64,000 nt of DNA from Blasia pusilla (Eukaryota): contig CM114271.1 in assembly GCA_050084515.1 (NCBI GenBank), positions 15,872,001-15,936,000 of the forward strand, written 5' to 3'. Both the position numbers and the translations under genes were made by a program. Within the stretch, counting starts at the first letter, position 1, and each line of letters begins with the position of its first letter. Shown here piece by piece: positions 13,263-26,131 of the stretch. Under the pieces are notes generated by a model. The model was not told the DNA's origin. It did no database searches and saw only the letters and a program-made list of their open reading frames with translations.

Positions 13263-16200
13263 AATTGTTGGCGATAGACCTAAAATCAAAAATCTATACT
13301 ACTATGGGAGAGTGCCCTCTCTGATTTCCAAAACCTCTAATGCTGACACTTGGCACTTTTAGCCACTAGGGACCTGCCATGTGTCCTTGCATGTGTCAAG
13401 TGTGCATGTATGGAGTTTTTTTTCCTTTGTGGTCTAGATTTTCTTGTCCTTAGTTGCTCATCTCCGCAACGGTTTTCCAACACGCCTCTCCTCCCCTACT
13501 ACAATCCATTCGACCTTGAGACGCACTGCATTATAATGGTTATATTTTCTAATTTCAGATTGTGGTGACAATTATGATCTTTTGAATGTGGTCTGTCAAT
13601 GAAGAGGTCCTTTTGCTTCTCAAAGAGTTGTGAGAAGATGGGGTTCCCTTTAGGGTTTAGAGTTCTTCAAAATTTCAAGGGTTGCATTATTTATAGCATT
13701 TATTGGATGCACTACATTGCACAAGATGATATAGTGCGAGATGTGATCATTTCAGGTAGTAGCTTTAACTACACAAGCCATTCAGGCATAATTTTCTATC
13801 TTTATTTAGCTTTGCATTACACGTACACCCATTGTTTGCTCTTTGCAATCGTATGTTTCGTCAAAGCTAGCGAGGCTATGCTATCGAGAACTATAAGATG
13901 CATCCTATAATTGTAGAGCATATATATGCCAATAGAGTGCCGTCTTGATTCTAACAACTGATCTACACTTTGCATCTCAGCGTTAATAAGGCATTCATTA
14001 ACTAGGGGTCTTGATTTGCTCTTAGTTTTGAGCTCCAACAACAAGTCTAAACTCCCAAGTCAACTTTTGGGTCCGCTCGCTCCCTACATCTCTAAAACTC
14101 CATTAATCAACTCTTGGTGTGGCTCCCTCCCAGCATCTCCGCAACTCCGTTTAGCAGCTCCCGGTAGGGCTCCTTCCCAACATCTTTGCATTCACTTCGG
14201 TTCGGCTCCCATCATCTCATTTCTACAAACATCTTTGCAAAGAAAGTGTAGAGCAAATAGAGGGATCGATACCTTTAACCACAACATGGAAACTATGACA
14301 ACAACAAGGAAGTCAACCCAAGGAAAGGGGAAGAGTATTTCCATATTTGTTTCATCACAAAAATAGTACGGTGCTAAGCTAGCCAATCTCAAGCTCTTTG
14401 ATATATCCGATTTGTCCCCAATATCTTAGGAAGATTGCGTCTTCTTGATTGATTGGTAGAAGGCACATAAGGACAATTTCCCTCCTTGGGGGAAAAGATA
14501 CAACCCCTTGGAAGCTCGAGACTTCGAGGCCACACGTAGGGATTTTCTTCACATTGAAAGAGAGAGTCCAAGATTAGACATAGATTTTTCTCCAAGGCAT
14601 GTTGAGAAATTGGAAAATTTCAAAGATTTCATTATGGAAGTCCAAGGTTCCCCATAGTATCAATCGTGGAGGCCCACCAATGAGAAATAAAACCAGGTAA
14701 AAGTTGCATTTGAAAAGAAACATATGAAGACACTTGTTACATGCATTCCAATTCAAAGTAGACCATCAAAACTTAGATCCCCAATATCCCTTGGAGTGCC
14801 CACCAAGTATATCCCATAGGCAATTGAGGTGACTTAAAAAGGGCATAGGCATTGAGCTGTGGTAGTCAATGTCCAAATTATATTTTGATCTCATCCTCTT
14901 ACCTAGGACTCTTAGCAAGAAAAGCACATAGAGGAGCCAGGTCTTCAACATGTAAGATAGACCTGAAAAATGGGAGCTCATTACGGTCAATTTTTCTATG
15001 AGCAATGAAAGGATCCATTTGAATATGTCTAAATAGTGGACTTCAACTTTTAGTTGATGCACTATACCCTCCCGTCCTGTAAGTACTTAGCTAGAGTATT
15101 GTAGCTCTGTTTAGCCTCCTGAGTACAGCCCCACCCTCTTTGATCTACTTTATTAAAAAAAATTTGTGTGTGGTAGATACTCTGATCAAACTTTGATATG
15201 CACAAGGACCGAAGAAGAGCACAACCTCAACAATGGTAAAGTGTGAAGCAATGAAGATAGTAACTAGGTGTGGCAGGAACAAGTGAGGGGGAAAAACCCA
15301 TATCTAGGTTTAGAGTTCATAGAAAGAGGGAAGACCAACGAGAATTCTAAGTTCAAAGATCGGATAGGACCCATGTAATCAAACTTTGAATTAGTGTTTG
15401 TGGAGGGAAGGAGTGGAGAAAAGAACCCGTGATCAACCCAAGTGCACAAAGGCGTTAGAAATCTGCAAGTAAAATATCCCTCAACCCCCAAAATTTCCCA
15501 TCCCTACATAGCTACCTAACATGTGCAGAGAGAAGCAAGAGACAACAAGAAAGCCCGCTGAGGACTTGCGAATGCATGAAAGGGAACCTCAAACTTGTAG
15601 AAAAATGAGAGAGACCTCGGGGAGGAGAGGGCATACTCACGACCAGCCGATTAGTGTGTGGCCCTCTTGAACTGCTGCAAAGAAGAGTACCGGGTGATTT
15701 CACTTGAGAGGAGGAAGGAAGTTGGAGTCATGAGCGCGTGCGTCTGTTGCACAACTCAAGAGCTCCTTCACTGCAAAGGAGCATGAAGATGAATCGGAGA
15801 GGAAGGAGAGCAAAGAGGCATCATAGAGGGAGGGGAGCGGGAAGAATGTGAGGAGTAAGGTGAAGGACATAAGGGAGGCAAGCACGAAGTAGGGAGGGTG
15901 GCGTGGGCGCGCAGGGGCGCTAAGGTGCATGTCTACCATCAGATCTACTTTAGGAAAATCAAACAATGTAGTCTTAACGCCGCCAAGCATTAGGTATGCC
16001 AAGCACTACCCATTCATGAGAAGGGGTAGGGTTGGGGCCGCCTAGTTAGGTTAAGGTTGGGGTCCAAAGTGAAATTTGAAAAATCTAAAAATTTAAAAGG
16101 AAAGTAGAAAATTTTCCAATTTTGTAAATTTACAAATTTACAAGAGCTTTTTCAAAATTTCAAATGAAGAGATAAGATTATTGCATATTTTTATTACTTT

Positions 16201-17299
16201 TGCATATTTTTATTCCTTTTTCCTATATTTAGGTTGCTTTATTTTACATATATTTTATCCTTTTTTACTATGTTTTACTACTTTTTTTCTACTTTCCTTT
16301 CAAAGTCTCAAAATAGCTTTTGACCTCCTATTCTTCTCATACTTTACTATCTACCTATTTTTGTACAAATAATCTTTTATGTTCTAAATTATCAACTTTG
16401 TGGTGTGTTAGGTAGATGTCGAGTGATGGTTGCATATTCTATGGACATGGAGAGATGGCCAATTGTTGTTATCACAAATATACCAGTTCTAATACAGAGT
16501 TAAAAAAGAAAAATGAGAGTATTGAAGCGTACCTTGCCAATGCAAGCCCAATTTGTTTCTGCCATACATTTCAAATTTGGATTTATTTAATGAGAAAGTA
16601 GTGTTCAAGTATATGACTACTAAACATTTTCTTCCTCCACAATTCATGCGTAGACTTCTGTTTCCATCAAATCCCGTGGATTTACGTAACTTTCAAAATT
16701 CATCCGTGCAAAAGCACGACAAAAAAGTTACGCCCATAATAAGGGAATTTAAATTTAGTGCAACAAAAAAACATAGAAAATGAACTCATCAACGATAATC
16801 TCCAACATAAGTTCACTCTTTTCATCATCATTCAACATGATGAATTCTCCACACTTCATACTACCGCACCCTAATCTAATTTCTCTGTTTCAAAAATTTC
16901 CATGTTCAAGACTTCCAATTCCATTGAATCATGTCAATATACATAATATTCAAAAGGTTCTACATGATGAAGCCCAAAAATGCAAATGAGCCATTTGCGT
17001 TGATAGAACGGAAGCTCTCAAAGAAAAAGGAAGAAGAAGAAGAAAAGGTGGGGGAGCGGGGGGGGCAAGGTTGCACGCTCACAAAGTCTGTGTCCGCGGA
17101 CATATGTCCGTCCTAAGAACGGACATGTCCGTGTCGGCCTGGATGCGGACTCCATGACCCCGTGTTGCCTGTGGCCCGCACTCGAGCCCGCGCACACCGG
17201 GCAATCCGCCCTTTCTCGGCTAATGTGCATCACACCTGGCACTTGTTTTTTGGTAAGACCCGTGTATAGCCCGCATGCGGGCTTGCGGGCTCGCGAGCT

Positions 17300-18000
17300 T
17301 ACCACAGTCAACCGCGGTCGATCATTGTGCGTCACTACCTATGATCGACGGCTCGAATCCAATATAGAATCCACCAACAAATCGGAGGGGCGCTCCACTC
17401 TCGCATAAGCCCTCCGCAACACCTCATGTGGTACCAAGTTGGTCCACCAAAGACGCGGGCGGTGTACTCTAGAACCTACACTCGTCGCATCTAACAACAC
17501 TGCCGAGCCGATCCATGCGCGCACCTCTTGTGCACTCATCACCATGCGGGACCTCAAATCGCCCAAAATTGGCACATCTCCAAAATGTATGCTAGAGAAC
17601 AAGAATGATGCTCTTATAAATGTCACAAGATCCGCATCATCTCCCAAAATAACCTGGACCAAGTGTCAGCTAACTCGCTACCTCGTCCAACACTCGATTG
17701 GCCCTGACACGGCCAACCAGAAATGACCAAATCTATGGTCCCTACCCGCTCCAAGTTGTGCGCCCCCAACAATGAAATGTCCCTTGGTAGGGAACTCTCG
17801 TAACCCTGAATGGCGGACGCACACAACAAGTCGGGAAAACGGAGGCGTAACAGTGCCACATGGTGAAGTGAAGTGCACCTTGCAACATCATTAATCTCCA
17901 CACATATGTACTAGTGCACGCACACTCCACCGTGAAAAACAACAGCTAACCCAGTGCTGATCCCTCCAAAGAGATCCAACAGCCAAATACCCTCCTCTAG
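17300..18000 (-). pseudogene. C5 cytosine DNA methyltransferase domain (DNMT3-like), motifs I-VIII, retroelement-encoded
   Basis: Manual translation: LLDLFGGISTG (I), VEIND (II), RDI (III), IDLVISGWPCQGQSSVG (IV, catalytic PC within GWPCQ at 17704-17718), YILE[frameshift]VP (VI, presumed ENV), HRPRLWWTNL (VIII). Interrupted by TAG/TGA stops. Confidence 0.9.
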
Positions 18001-21000
18001 GATGCATCACACAATCAGGGTGGTGTCCAAAAGGATCATAGCAACACTCTTGCCTACTTGGGGTTCCTCTGACCTATCACACTCTAGTGCAAACGTCTCG
18101 CTCCACGCGGTATGCACATGCTCAATGGCTAACTGTCGAAGCTCTTTAGTCGAGCCCCAAGGCGACACCTCTCCTCCACAGACTAATGCGGATATCATGA
18201 CGCTCCTCTTCATAGAGGTGTCAAGAACCGGACATATCCCTCAATCAAATCACTAGACCAAGTGATGGCAGTGCTAAATTTTGCTAAGGTCTCCATCTCT
18301 CCTTGCCGACGCTCGATCACTGCACCTGTGAATCGAACGGGTAAATAGCTAAGGCGCCCATCACCTAACTGCCATCCTGGTCTGTAGGACCCTGACTCCT
18401 CCCAATAATCGAGGGAAAACCCCATCGGGAATAACATTGCTCCACCAACCAAGACGTCGTAGGACTCTGCATCAATCACTATCGCATTGGCTCACACCAC
18501 GGACTCATATGTAGGGTGTCCCGGGAGAATCCTCACCACAACCTCATATTGGATGATATACTGTGTGGTACTCGCTCCACCCAAGGATGTCTATATCTCG
18601 AATGGACAACGCTCCACATCGGCTCTCGTCAAGCCCAATCCTCTCGAATGACACTTTCCCCAACATCAGGGGTTGCGCTCTTGAATCCAACAAGACGCGC
18701 TGCGGACTAAAAGATCTACCTCATGGACTCATCAAGTGAGAGACCTCTCCTCGGTTATCCAGCACAACAACACCAAGAGAAGCCATGGCACGCTCTTTCA
18801 TGGGTCTAGCGGGCATCTCCGCCATCCTAGCAGCCGCAGCCTGCCATGAATCTGACGTGAACGGTCATAGCATCACCTCCTCTGCAATCACCTCTGAACG
18901 TAATGAAGGAACTCCAACTCCACGCTCAAATAGCGTAGCGGCCAACCAAAAAACCTCGGCGGATGTACCTCCCAATGTCATAACATGGGCAACAGAAAAT
19001 AATGGAGCGTGGTATACAACGGTGGCCCCCCCCCAACAATGTGCTCGACACATGCCCCTCGTGAGCATTAACAATAAGAGTCGTTGCACTCGCTTCTCCC
19101 ATCGCCCTCAATGCCTACACACCAACTCTTTAGGAACTGTGATCAGGACCCATTGATGGGGTCATCATCGCCTCAATCAACGTGAAATACTTAGGAAGCC
19201 TTCTCTATTTCCTAGCTTGCCCTCACTGTGGATCCAACTCTACGACTGCTCCACGCATCACAACTGTGGCGGCCTCCATCTGAGCAACCCCGCACATCCA
19301 ACCAGGATCCTCCGTATCTCTGGCTGCTCCATATGATGTCGATGCCAAGGATCCGGCATCAGATAACCTCAATGCCATAGCGGCAATCTGATCCTGTAGC
19401 GGCTGTACCTGAGCAGCCATCCCAGCCTCACGTCTAGCATCTCCCTCAACGCGTCTAGGTGGTGGGACTCTACCTCCTCCACGGGCTGCTCCACCACCCT
19501 GTCGGGCAACTCCAACTCCTTGTCCCCCAATAGGACCACCAAGTGCACGATCTCTAGGCCCACCTCGACCGGCTACTCGCTCTAGTGCCCTCTCTAGCCC
19601 TCGATCCGGACGTAACTAAGGGTGTAAACTGAAACACCTGGCGCGTGTGCGACCATACCTCTGACAATAGTCACACTGATAACCTCCTGGTGTAGCACCA
19701 TCTCCTCCTCCATGCTGAGGCACACGTCGATGACCTTCACGAGTGCAATCACGCTGATGATGGGCTCCACCACATGACCAACAAGTAATTGTAGGTGGCT
19801 ACTACTGAGTTGTATATGAAGGCGCAGGTCTCTATGGCACGGCCTCTCGGTATCCTCCCTGAGCTCGTGGTGCCACATTCAACCTATCTTGGAGTCCACG
19901 TTGCTGCACTGGTGGTGTAGACAATCTTGACTACTCTCGCCCAGAACCCATGGTGGCTACGCTCTCCTCCGCCATGTTGCGCTCAATGTTCTCGGCTGTC
20001 CTAAAAACATATCTGAATGTAGGGGAGGTGTTCATAAGAAGCACTCCCTCCTGCACCCGTGTCCGCAAGGTCTAGTCCAATATCACGTACCATGACTGGA
20101 TAGCCAGAGCCTCTATCACCCCTTGAGTGATGTTGATCAACCGGCGCAAGCGAGTGTAAGCCTCACGCAAACTCTCACTCGGGCGCCTCTGGAAGTCGCA
20201 ACTTCTCTATCCGTAACCCCGTGGTAGCTTGCCCTCAACTCAGCAAAGAACTCAACCACGGGGTTAAACCCGGGACAAACCCGACTAGACGGTGCAACAG
20301 CTCCAGTGCGAGAGACCCCACCTAAAATATCACTAGTGGAAGAGGAAGTAGCCTCTCGTGACTCCTCCTCCTCATCTGGGAACGCCTCTGTCCATGACAC
20401 ATAATGTGGGTCGTAGTAGAGTCGTCATGCCTCAATCTCCAGGGCATATCTTTGGGAGAACTCATGGTAATCGTCCATGGGCGCCCCCTCTAAATGTTGG
20501 AACATACCGTTCCATGCTGTAAACAAGTTGAACTCTCTAGAGTTCCTAGCCCGATGTGAGTCACACTAGGTCCTAAACTCTGCAATGAAGTCGTGTAGCT
20601 CTATTGTGCCTACATCACCCAAACACCACGAAACCCAATATCCCAAATAACTTCCCAATATCTGGAAATCCCTGACATGTAGAGGGTAAGAGACCAGAAT
20701 GGATAACCTCACAATAATATCGATGACGCTCCTTGGCAACTACAAATCTTGACTCCAATTTGGTCGTGAAGATAACTCCTCCAATTAGCAAGTCGTACTC
20801 CTCTTGTACTGGCGCTGCTCAAACCTCCTCGATGTGCGGTGCAGGTTGAGTGGTCCACTGCGGCACTTACGCCATGGAATGGCTACAAATGACATGGCAG
20901 TCGAGAATGGGGTGCAGCACTCGGCAGCATATCCTCCTCAATCAACAATTCACACGCTCTGCACCTTAATGAAGGAGCGGCTCCGCGATCGAGACGGTGC

Positions 21001-21184
21001 GATGCGACCACAAGCGGCACCGTGTAGCAATCATCGGCATGTTGCAGCTACAGGCATCACGGCATGGTACTCGATCATCGTCAAGCCGCTACCAATCACA
21101 ACATAGCAACAAGAAATGAAAACTCAAACACGATAACCGAGGTCACCTGCCATCACTGGTTGATGACGAAACTGCGATGACGGT
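17300..21184 (-). mobile_element. DNMT-Gypsy retroelement copy 1, body (upstream ORF, gag, protease, DNMT); 3'-truncated
   Basis: Collinear with 30440-34440: gag SWTEAFPDEEEESREA..., CCHC knuckle, protease region, DNMT motifs; ends abruptly in hAT subterminal sequence at ~17300. Confidence 0.9.
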
Positions 21185-22818
21185 AAGGTGAAGGATAAGG
21201 TGGATGGCATATTGGAAAATTTGCGTTTGGGGGCCACGATCATAACGGATTCTTGGGCCAATGTGAGGAACGAGTCTTTAGTGAACATAATGGTCTCCTT
21301 TCCACAAGGTGAGGTCATGATTGAGTCGCTAGACACCAAAGGAAAATCCTAAACGGTGGAATGGTTGGCAAGTCACATAGAGAGGACTATCATGTGCATT
21401 GGTCCACAGAATGTGTTGCAAATTGTGACAGACAATGCTAGCAATGAGCGAGCAGCAAGGAAACTTATCGAAGAAAAGTTCCCTCATATTCTTTGGGGTG
21501 GATGTGTATCATATTCTCTTGATCTAGTCTGCGAAGAGTGAGATAAATGGCCTTGGGTGGACATGATTTTTGCACAAGCTCGTGAGATGGTAGTATTTGT
21601 GAAGACTAGAACTTAGGTGATGGCAAAATCCATGGAAACCAATCCAATGAAGAGACGATTTTTGCTTCTTGTAAATACACGCTTTGCCACAAATTTTATC
21701 ATGTTGGGATACGTCTTAGAATTGAGGGAGGCATTCCACATCATGGTTGCCACCAATGCTTTTAGGGAGTATTTCAATGGCAGGGATGCGAAGCAAAGGG
21801 AGAAGGCACAAGAGATTGAGACTACTATGGCCAATCACGATTTTTGGATGGAGGTGAGGAGTTGTTTGTTGCGGCTCAACCAACTATTATTCTGTTGAGA
21901 GAGTGTGATGGTCATAAAGCAACGGGGTGTATTTATTGCCTTATTTTTTAGATAATGGAAGAGACTCTTTCTTTTCCTGTAACTCCATGGCCCGATGTGG
22001 ATGGAAGGCATTGCGATTATTTTTTCATAATATCTAGAGCTATAGAGATGGTCGATGTTATTTCTACGCGGTGGGCACTTATCCACAAGAAGTTACATGC
22101 AATAGGCTACATTCTTGCCCCTTACAATCTTCTTAATAATGTTTAAGACGTCATTTCAAATGCTGAGTGCATGAGAGATTTCAAACAATAACTGAAAATT
22201 TTTGCAACGGGGGTACATGGCCTCAATGTCACCGAGGCTAATTCTTATGTGGCCACTTGCTTGCGAGAGTTGGGCAACATTGTGAACCATCAAGAAATAT
22301 TTGTGGATAAATTTGGTAAGGAAGGTGTTGATTCACTTGGCCCCTCTGATTGATGGAGCATACACGATCAAGGTGCACCAATATTGCGATTTGTGGCTAA
22401 GACCATATTAGCATAAGTGGTTTTATCTTTTTCAGCGGAGAGAAATTGGAGTAGTTATGGTTTCATCCACAACAAGCACAAGAATAAATTGACCAATGAG
22501 CGTGCCAGGGATTTAGTTTACATCTACAAAAACTCAAGGTTTGGAGACAAGGGTGTTTCTCGGAAATCAAGACAAGCGCTCTTGTACGAGAAATACTTTT
22601 TAGACAGGGATGGACAAGAACAAGCTAGAAGGGTAGTAGAAGATGGTAGCGAATCTAGCCTGCATGCAAGAAACCATTATGGTAATCATGAAGATAACCT
22701 TGACTTGCAAGAAGAGGACCTAGAGGAGGTGGATGTGATATGTGGAATTCATGGCATCGAAGGCAGAGAGGATACTCATATCGGCAACACTGAAAATTTT
22801 GATTCCGAGGGGCTTTGA
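21185..22818 (+). pseudogene. hAT transposase, catalytic and dimerisation region (inverted relative to its N-terminus)
   Basis: GATIITDSWAN, NVLQIVTDNASN, WGGCVSYSLDL, TRFATNF, LHAIGYILAP, SAERNWSSYGFIHNKHKNKL...DLVYIY; several stops and frameshifts. Confidence 0.9.
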
Positions 22819-23409
22819 AGAGATGAAGATGATCTTCAAATAGAACATTGGATTCGAGAGCACGAGGAAGAGCAACAACCAAGGACTTCAAGCTAAGCTA
22901 ATCTGCCCAAAACTTCTCCTAACATAACCTACAACCCTCATATTGTTGCACTAGTAGGAGTTGAGAATTATTCCATCGAGTCTAGTGAACCTATGCGGGA
23001 TACTCCTCCACAATCTTTGAGCGTTGAAAATGGTGGACTTAGTTGATGAGCCAATGATAATGATGTTGTCATACCTATGGTTCCAAACTCTCAACCCATC
23101 AATCATGGCATGGATAGTTCATACATTTCCTCCGATGATGAATCAACTGCAATAGGAACTGGTCGCCGATCCACCCGACTTCGAACTATTGAGCCGCCAA
23201 ATTACCGCTTATATTTTAATCCACCGGATCCAACTAGAGACCTAGACTAGAAGAGTAATTATTAAATTAAGTGAGATGGATTAATAGATAGTAGTAGCAA
23301 ACTTGTTTTGTGTTGACTATTCTAAGAATGTCATTTTATGACATTCCTTTTTATAACCTTCTCGCTAATAAGACAATTATTTTTACATTGAAGGTAAAAT
23401 TCGTAAGTG

Positions 23410-24972
23410 TGATTTTATAGCTCGTGATCACAACTCCATTTTGCTAAAAACTTTGCAAAAGTGCTGCAAACGCAACTTGGGAAAGTTGGACATGATGAAA
23501 AATGAAAAAACCTTCTTTTCATTGAAGGTTTAGTGGTTCGGGGCCAAAACGTACTTACATATTTTTGAGGTTTTGTTCACAACTCAATTTTTGTTGAAAC
23601 TTGGCAAGAGTGGAATATGCACCTTGGAAACCATGTAGAAAAACTTTCAGCTCAAGATGGGAAAAAAGTTAGACAAGGTGAAAAATCAAAAGACTTTTTC
23701 ATTCAAGGTTTAATGGTTCGGGTCCGAAAAGGACTTAGTAATTTTTGAGCTTTTTCTCACAACTCTAATTTTCCTGAAACTTGGCAAGAGTGTAACATGC
23801 ACCTTGGAGACGATGTTGGCCAAATTTCAGCTCAAAATATGAAATTTGGTGAAGATGAAAATTGACAAAAACCTTATTTTGATAGAAGGTTTGATGGTTT
23901 GGGTCCAAAATGGACTTGCCAATCTTTTAGCTTGTGGTCCCAACTGCATTTTACTGGAAACTTGCCTAAAATGCTAGATGCATCTTGGAGACCATGTGGT
24001 CCAAATTTCAGCTCAAGATGGGAAATATGGACAAGGTGAAAAATCATAAGAACTTCTTTTCATTCCAGGTTTAATGCTTCGAGTCCAAAAAGGAGTTAGT
24101 AATTTTTGAGCTTTTGCTCACACTCCATTTTGACTGAAACTTGGCAAGAGTGGAACATGCATCTAGGAGACCATATGGGCCAAATTTCAAGTCAAGATGA
24201 GAAATTTGGACAAGAAGAAAAATGAAACAACCTTATTTTGATAGAAGGCATGATGGTTCAAGTCCAAAAGAACTTGCCAATTTTTGAGCTTTTTGTCCCG
24301 ACTCCATTTTGATTCAAACTTTGCAAGATTCCTAGATGAACTTTGGAGACCATATTTGTCCAAATTTCAGCTCATGAATGGAAAGTTGGACAATATGAAA
24401 ATCATAAGATCTTCATTTCATTAAAGGTTTAATGGTTCGCGTCCAAAAAGGGGTAAGTAATTTTTGAGCTTTGCTCATAACTCCATTTTGATTGAAACTT
24501 GGCAAAAGTGTAACATGCACCTTGGGCACTAGGTGGGCCAAATTTTAGCTTAATATGAGAAATCTGAACTACATGAAAAATGAAAAAACCTTATTTTGAT
24601 AAAAGGTCTAATGGTTCAGGTCCAAAAAGGAATTAGTAATTTTTGAGCTTTTGCTCACAACTCCATTTTGATTGAAACTTGGATAAAGTGTAACATGCAT
24701 CTTGGGCACTAGGTGGGCCAAATTTCAGCTTAACATGAGAAATCTGAACAACATGAAAAATGAAAAAACCTTATTTTGATAGAAGGTCTGATGGTTCGGG
24801 TCCAAAAAGGAGTTAGTAGTTTTTGAGCTTTTGCTCACAACTCCATTTTCTTGAAACTTTCCAAGAGTGGAACACAAACCTTGGGGACCATGTTGGCCAA
24901 ATTTCAGCTTAAGATACGAAAGTTGGTCAAGATGAAAATTGAAAAAACCTTATTCTGATAGAAGGTCTGATG
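23410..24972. repeat. ~180-bp tandem repeat array, ~8.5 copies, inside the hAT
   Basis: Anchor AAGGT(T/C)T(A/G)ATGGTTCGGGTCCAAAA recurs at ~23526, 23705, 23886, 24067, 24245, 24424, 24603, 24783, 24962; cut off by the retroelement starting at 24973. Confidence 0.95.
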
Positions 24973-26131
24973 TGTCACGACTTTTAGGATAGATCGGTGA
25001 GATCTAGTAGAGCGCCTTCATGAGTAGTGGAGGACAGGCTTAGTAGGTTGAGGATGATGTGTTGAGACCCCATAAAACCTGAGAGAGCAGGTTTCCCCTT
25101 CGTTTCGGCTCATTTGGAGCTATATTGAGGAACTTACTATTTAAGGTAAGAACCATTTTGAGTATATGACCAACTTTCTATTTTTGGTAAGATGCCTTTG
25201 ACCTTCTACATCAGGTCAAGAGCCAAGGAGGTGACTTGGGAGCATAGGTTACCAGGGAGAGAGCTTGGGAGAGGGGAGGGGTATACCTCATGGAGAGAGA
25301 GCTTGAGAGGTTATTCTCTCTTTGTTGAACCTCTTGGCATGAGATGGAGGAGCTTTGGTCTTGCTTGCCTTGTGTGTGTAACCCAAGTCTCTCATTAGGA
25401 GAGTGGGTTTGGTTTGACATTGAGAGAGACATGTGAGAGTGCACACATGTGAGAACTATGGTGTTGTGAGAGAGATTGGATCTTATTTTACAAAGAGAGA
25501 ATGAGTAAGTGAGAGAGCTTCATGGGGAAGCTCGCTGGTTGCTCGATGTTTGGTGCAGGTTGGGAGACCGTGTTGCCTGCTTCATGGCTCATGGGAGTGC
25601 TCACCAGAGCAAGATCCGTGCGAGTTTGCAGTTTTGCTTTGCTGAGTTTTTGTACGGGAGAGTGGCACGCGGAAGCGCTGCCAAATTTTCGATATAATTG
25701 AGTATGGGGGCGGGTTGCTCCATGCTGGTGCTCTCGAGAGCACCATGTAGCTTGCTGATTTTTGTTCTCATAGGTTTTACATTTTCGTTGGTAGAAATCA
25801 GCGCGGAAGCGCTGCCAAATTTTGTGTAGGAGAAAGAGACATTGGGCTTTATGACAGTCCCCGCCAATTTTTACTGGAATGTTCAATTCCAAATATTTTT
25901 TATCATTATTGTAGATTGTGAAGCTATGCACACTGTGCAACAAACGGTGCACAACTTGGAGTTGCAAGAAAAAAGTTATGGTTAATCTTGCAAAAATGCC
26001 ATTGCTAGGCGATTTTTAGGGTTAAATTATTCAAACCCTAAACCAGCCGGCGGCGAACGTCGCCTTTGATGGTCAACCCTCATCATCATGGTCAACCATC
26101 ATCGTCAATGGTCCGCCATCACCATCAACTG
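24973..26131 (+). mobile_element. DNMT-Gypsy copy 1, 5' terminal repeat A and leader (continues at 35772-35964)
   Basis: Begins TGTCACGAC; collinear with 61481-62650 and with the reverse complement of 34650-35771; interrupted by copy 2. Confidence 0.88.

Noticed and set aside
13294-13320. TCTATACTACTAT as a Helitron 5' end
   Set aside because: Fits the A|TC pattern, but I could not find a convincing 3' hairpin plus CTRR partner or link it to the Rep/helicase at 39-46 kb.
14000-16400. Several short ORFs and purine-rich stretch
   Set aside because: No recognisable protein motifs; probably decayed TE but unassignable by eye.
17300-18000. Host DNMT3/DRM gene or bacterial restriction-modification contamination
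   Set aside because: Intronless, continuous with retroviral-type protease sequence, and present at the same position in two retroelement copies.
23410-24972. CRISPR-like array
   Set aside because: Whole ~180-bp units are repeated with no unique spacers; eukaryotic context, no cas genes.
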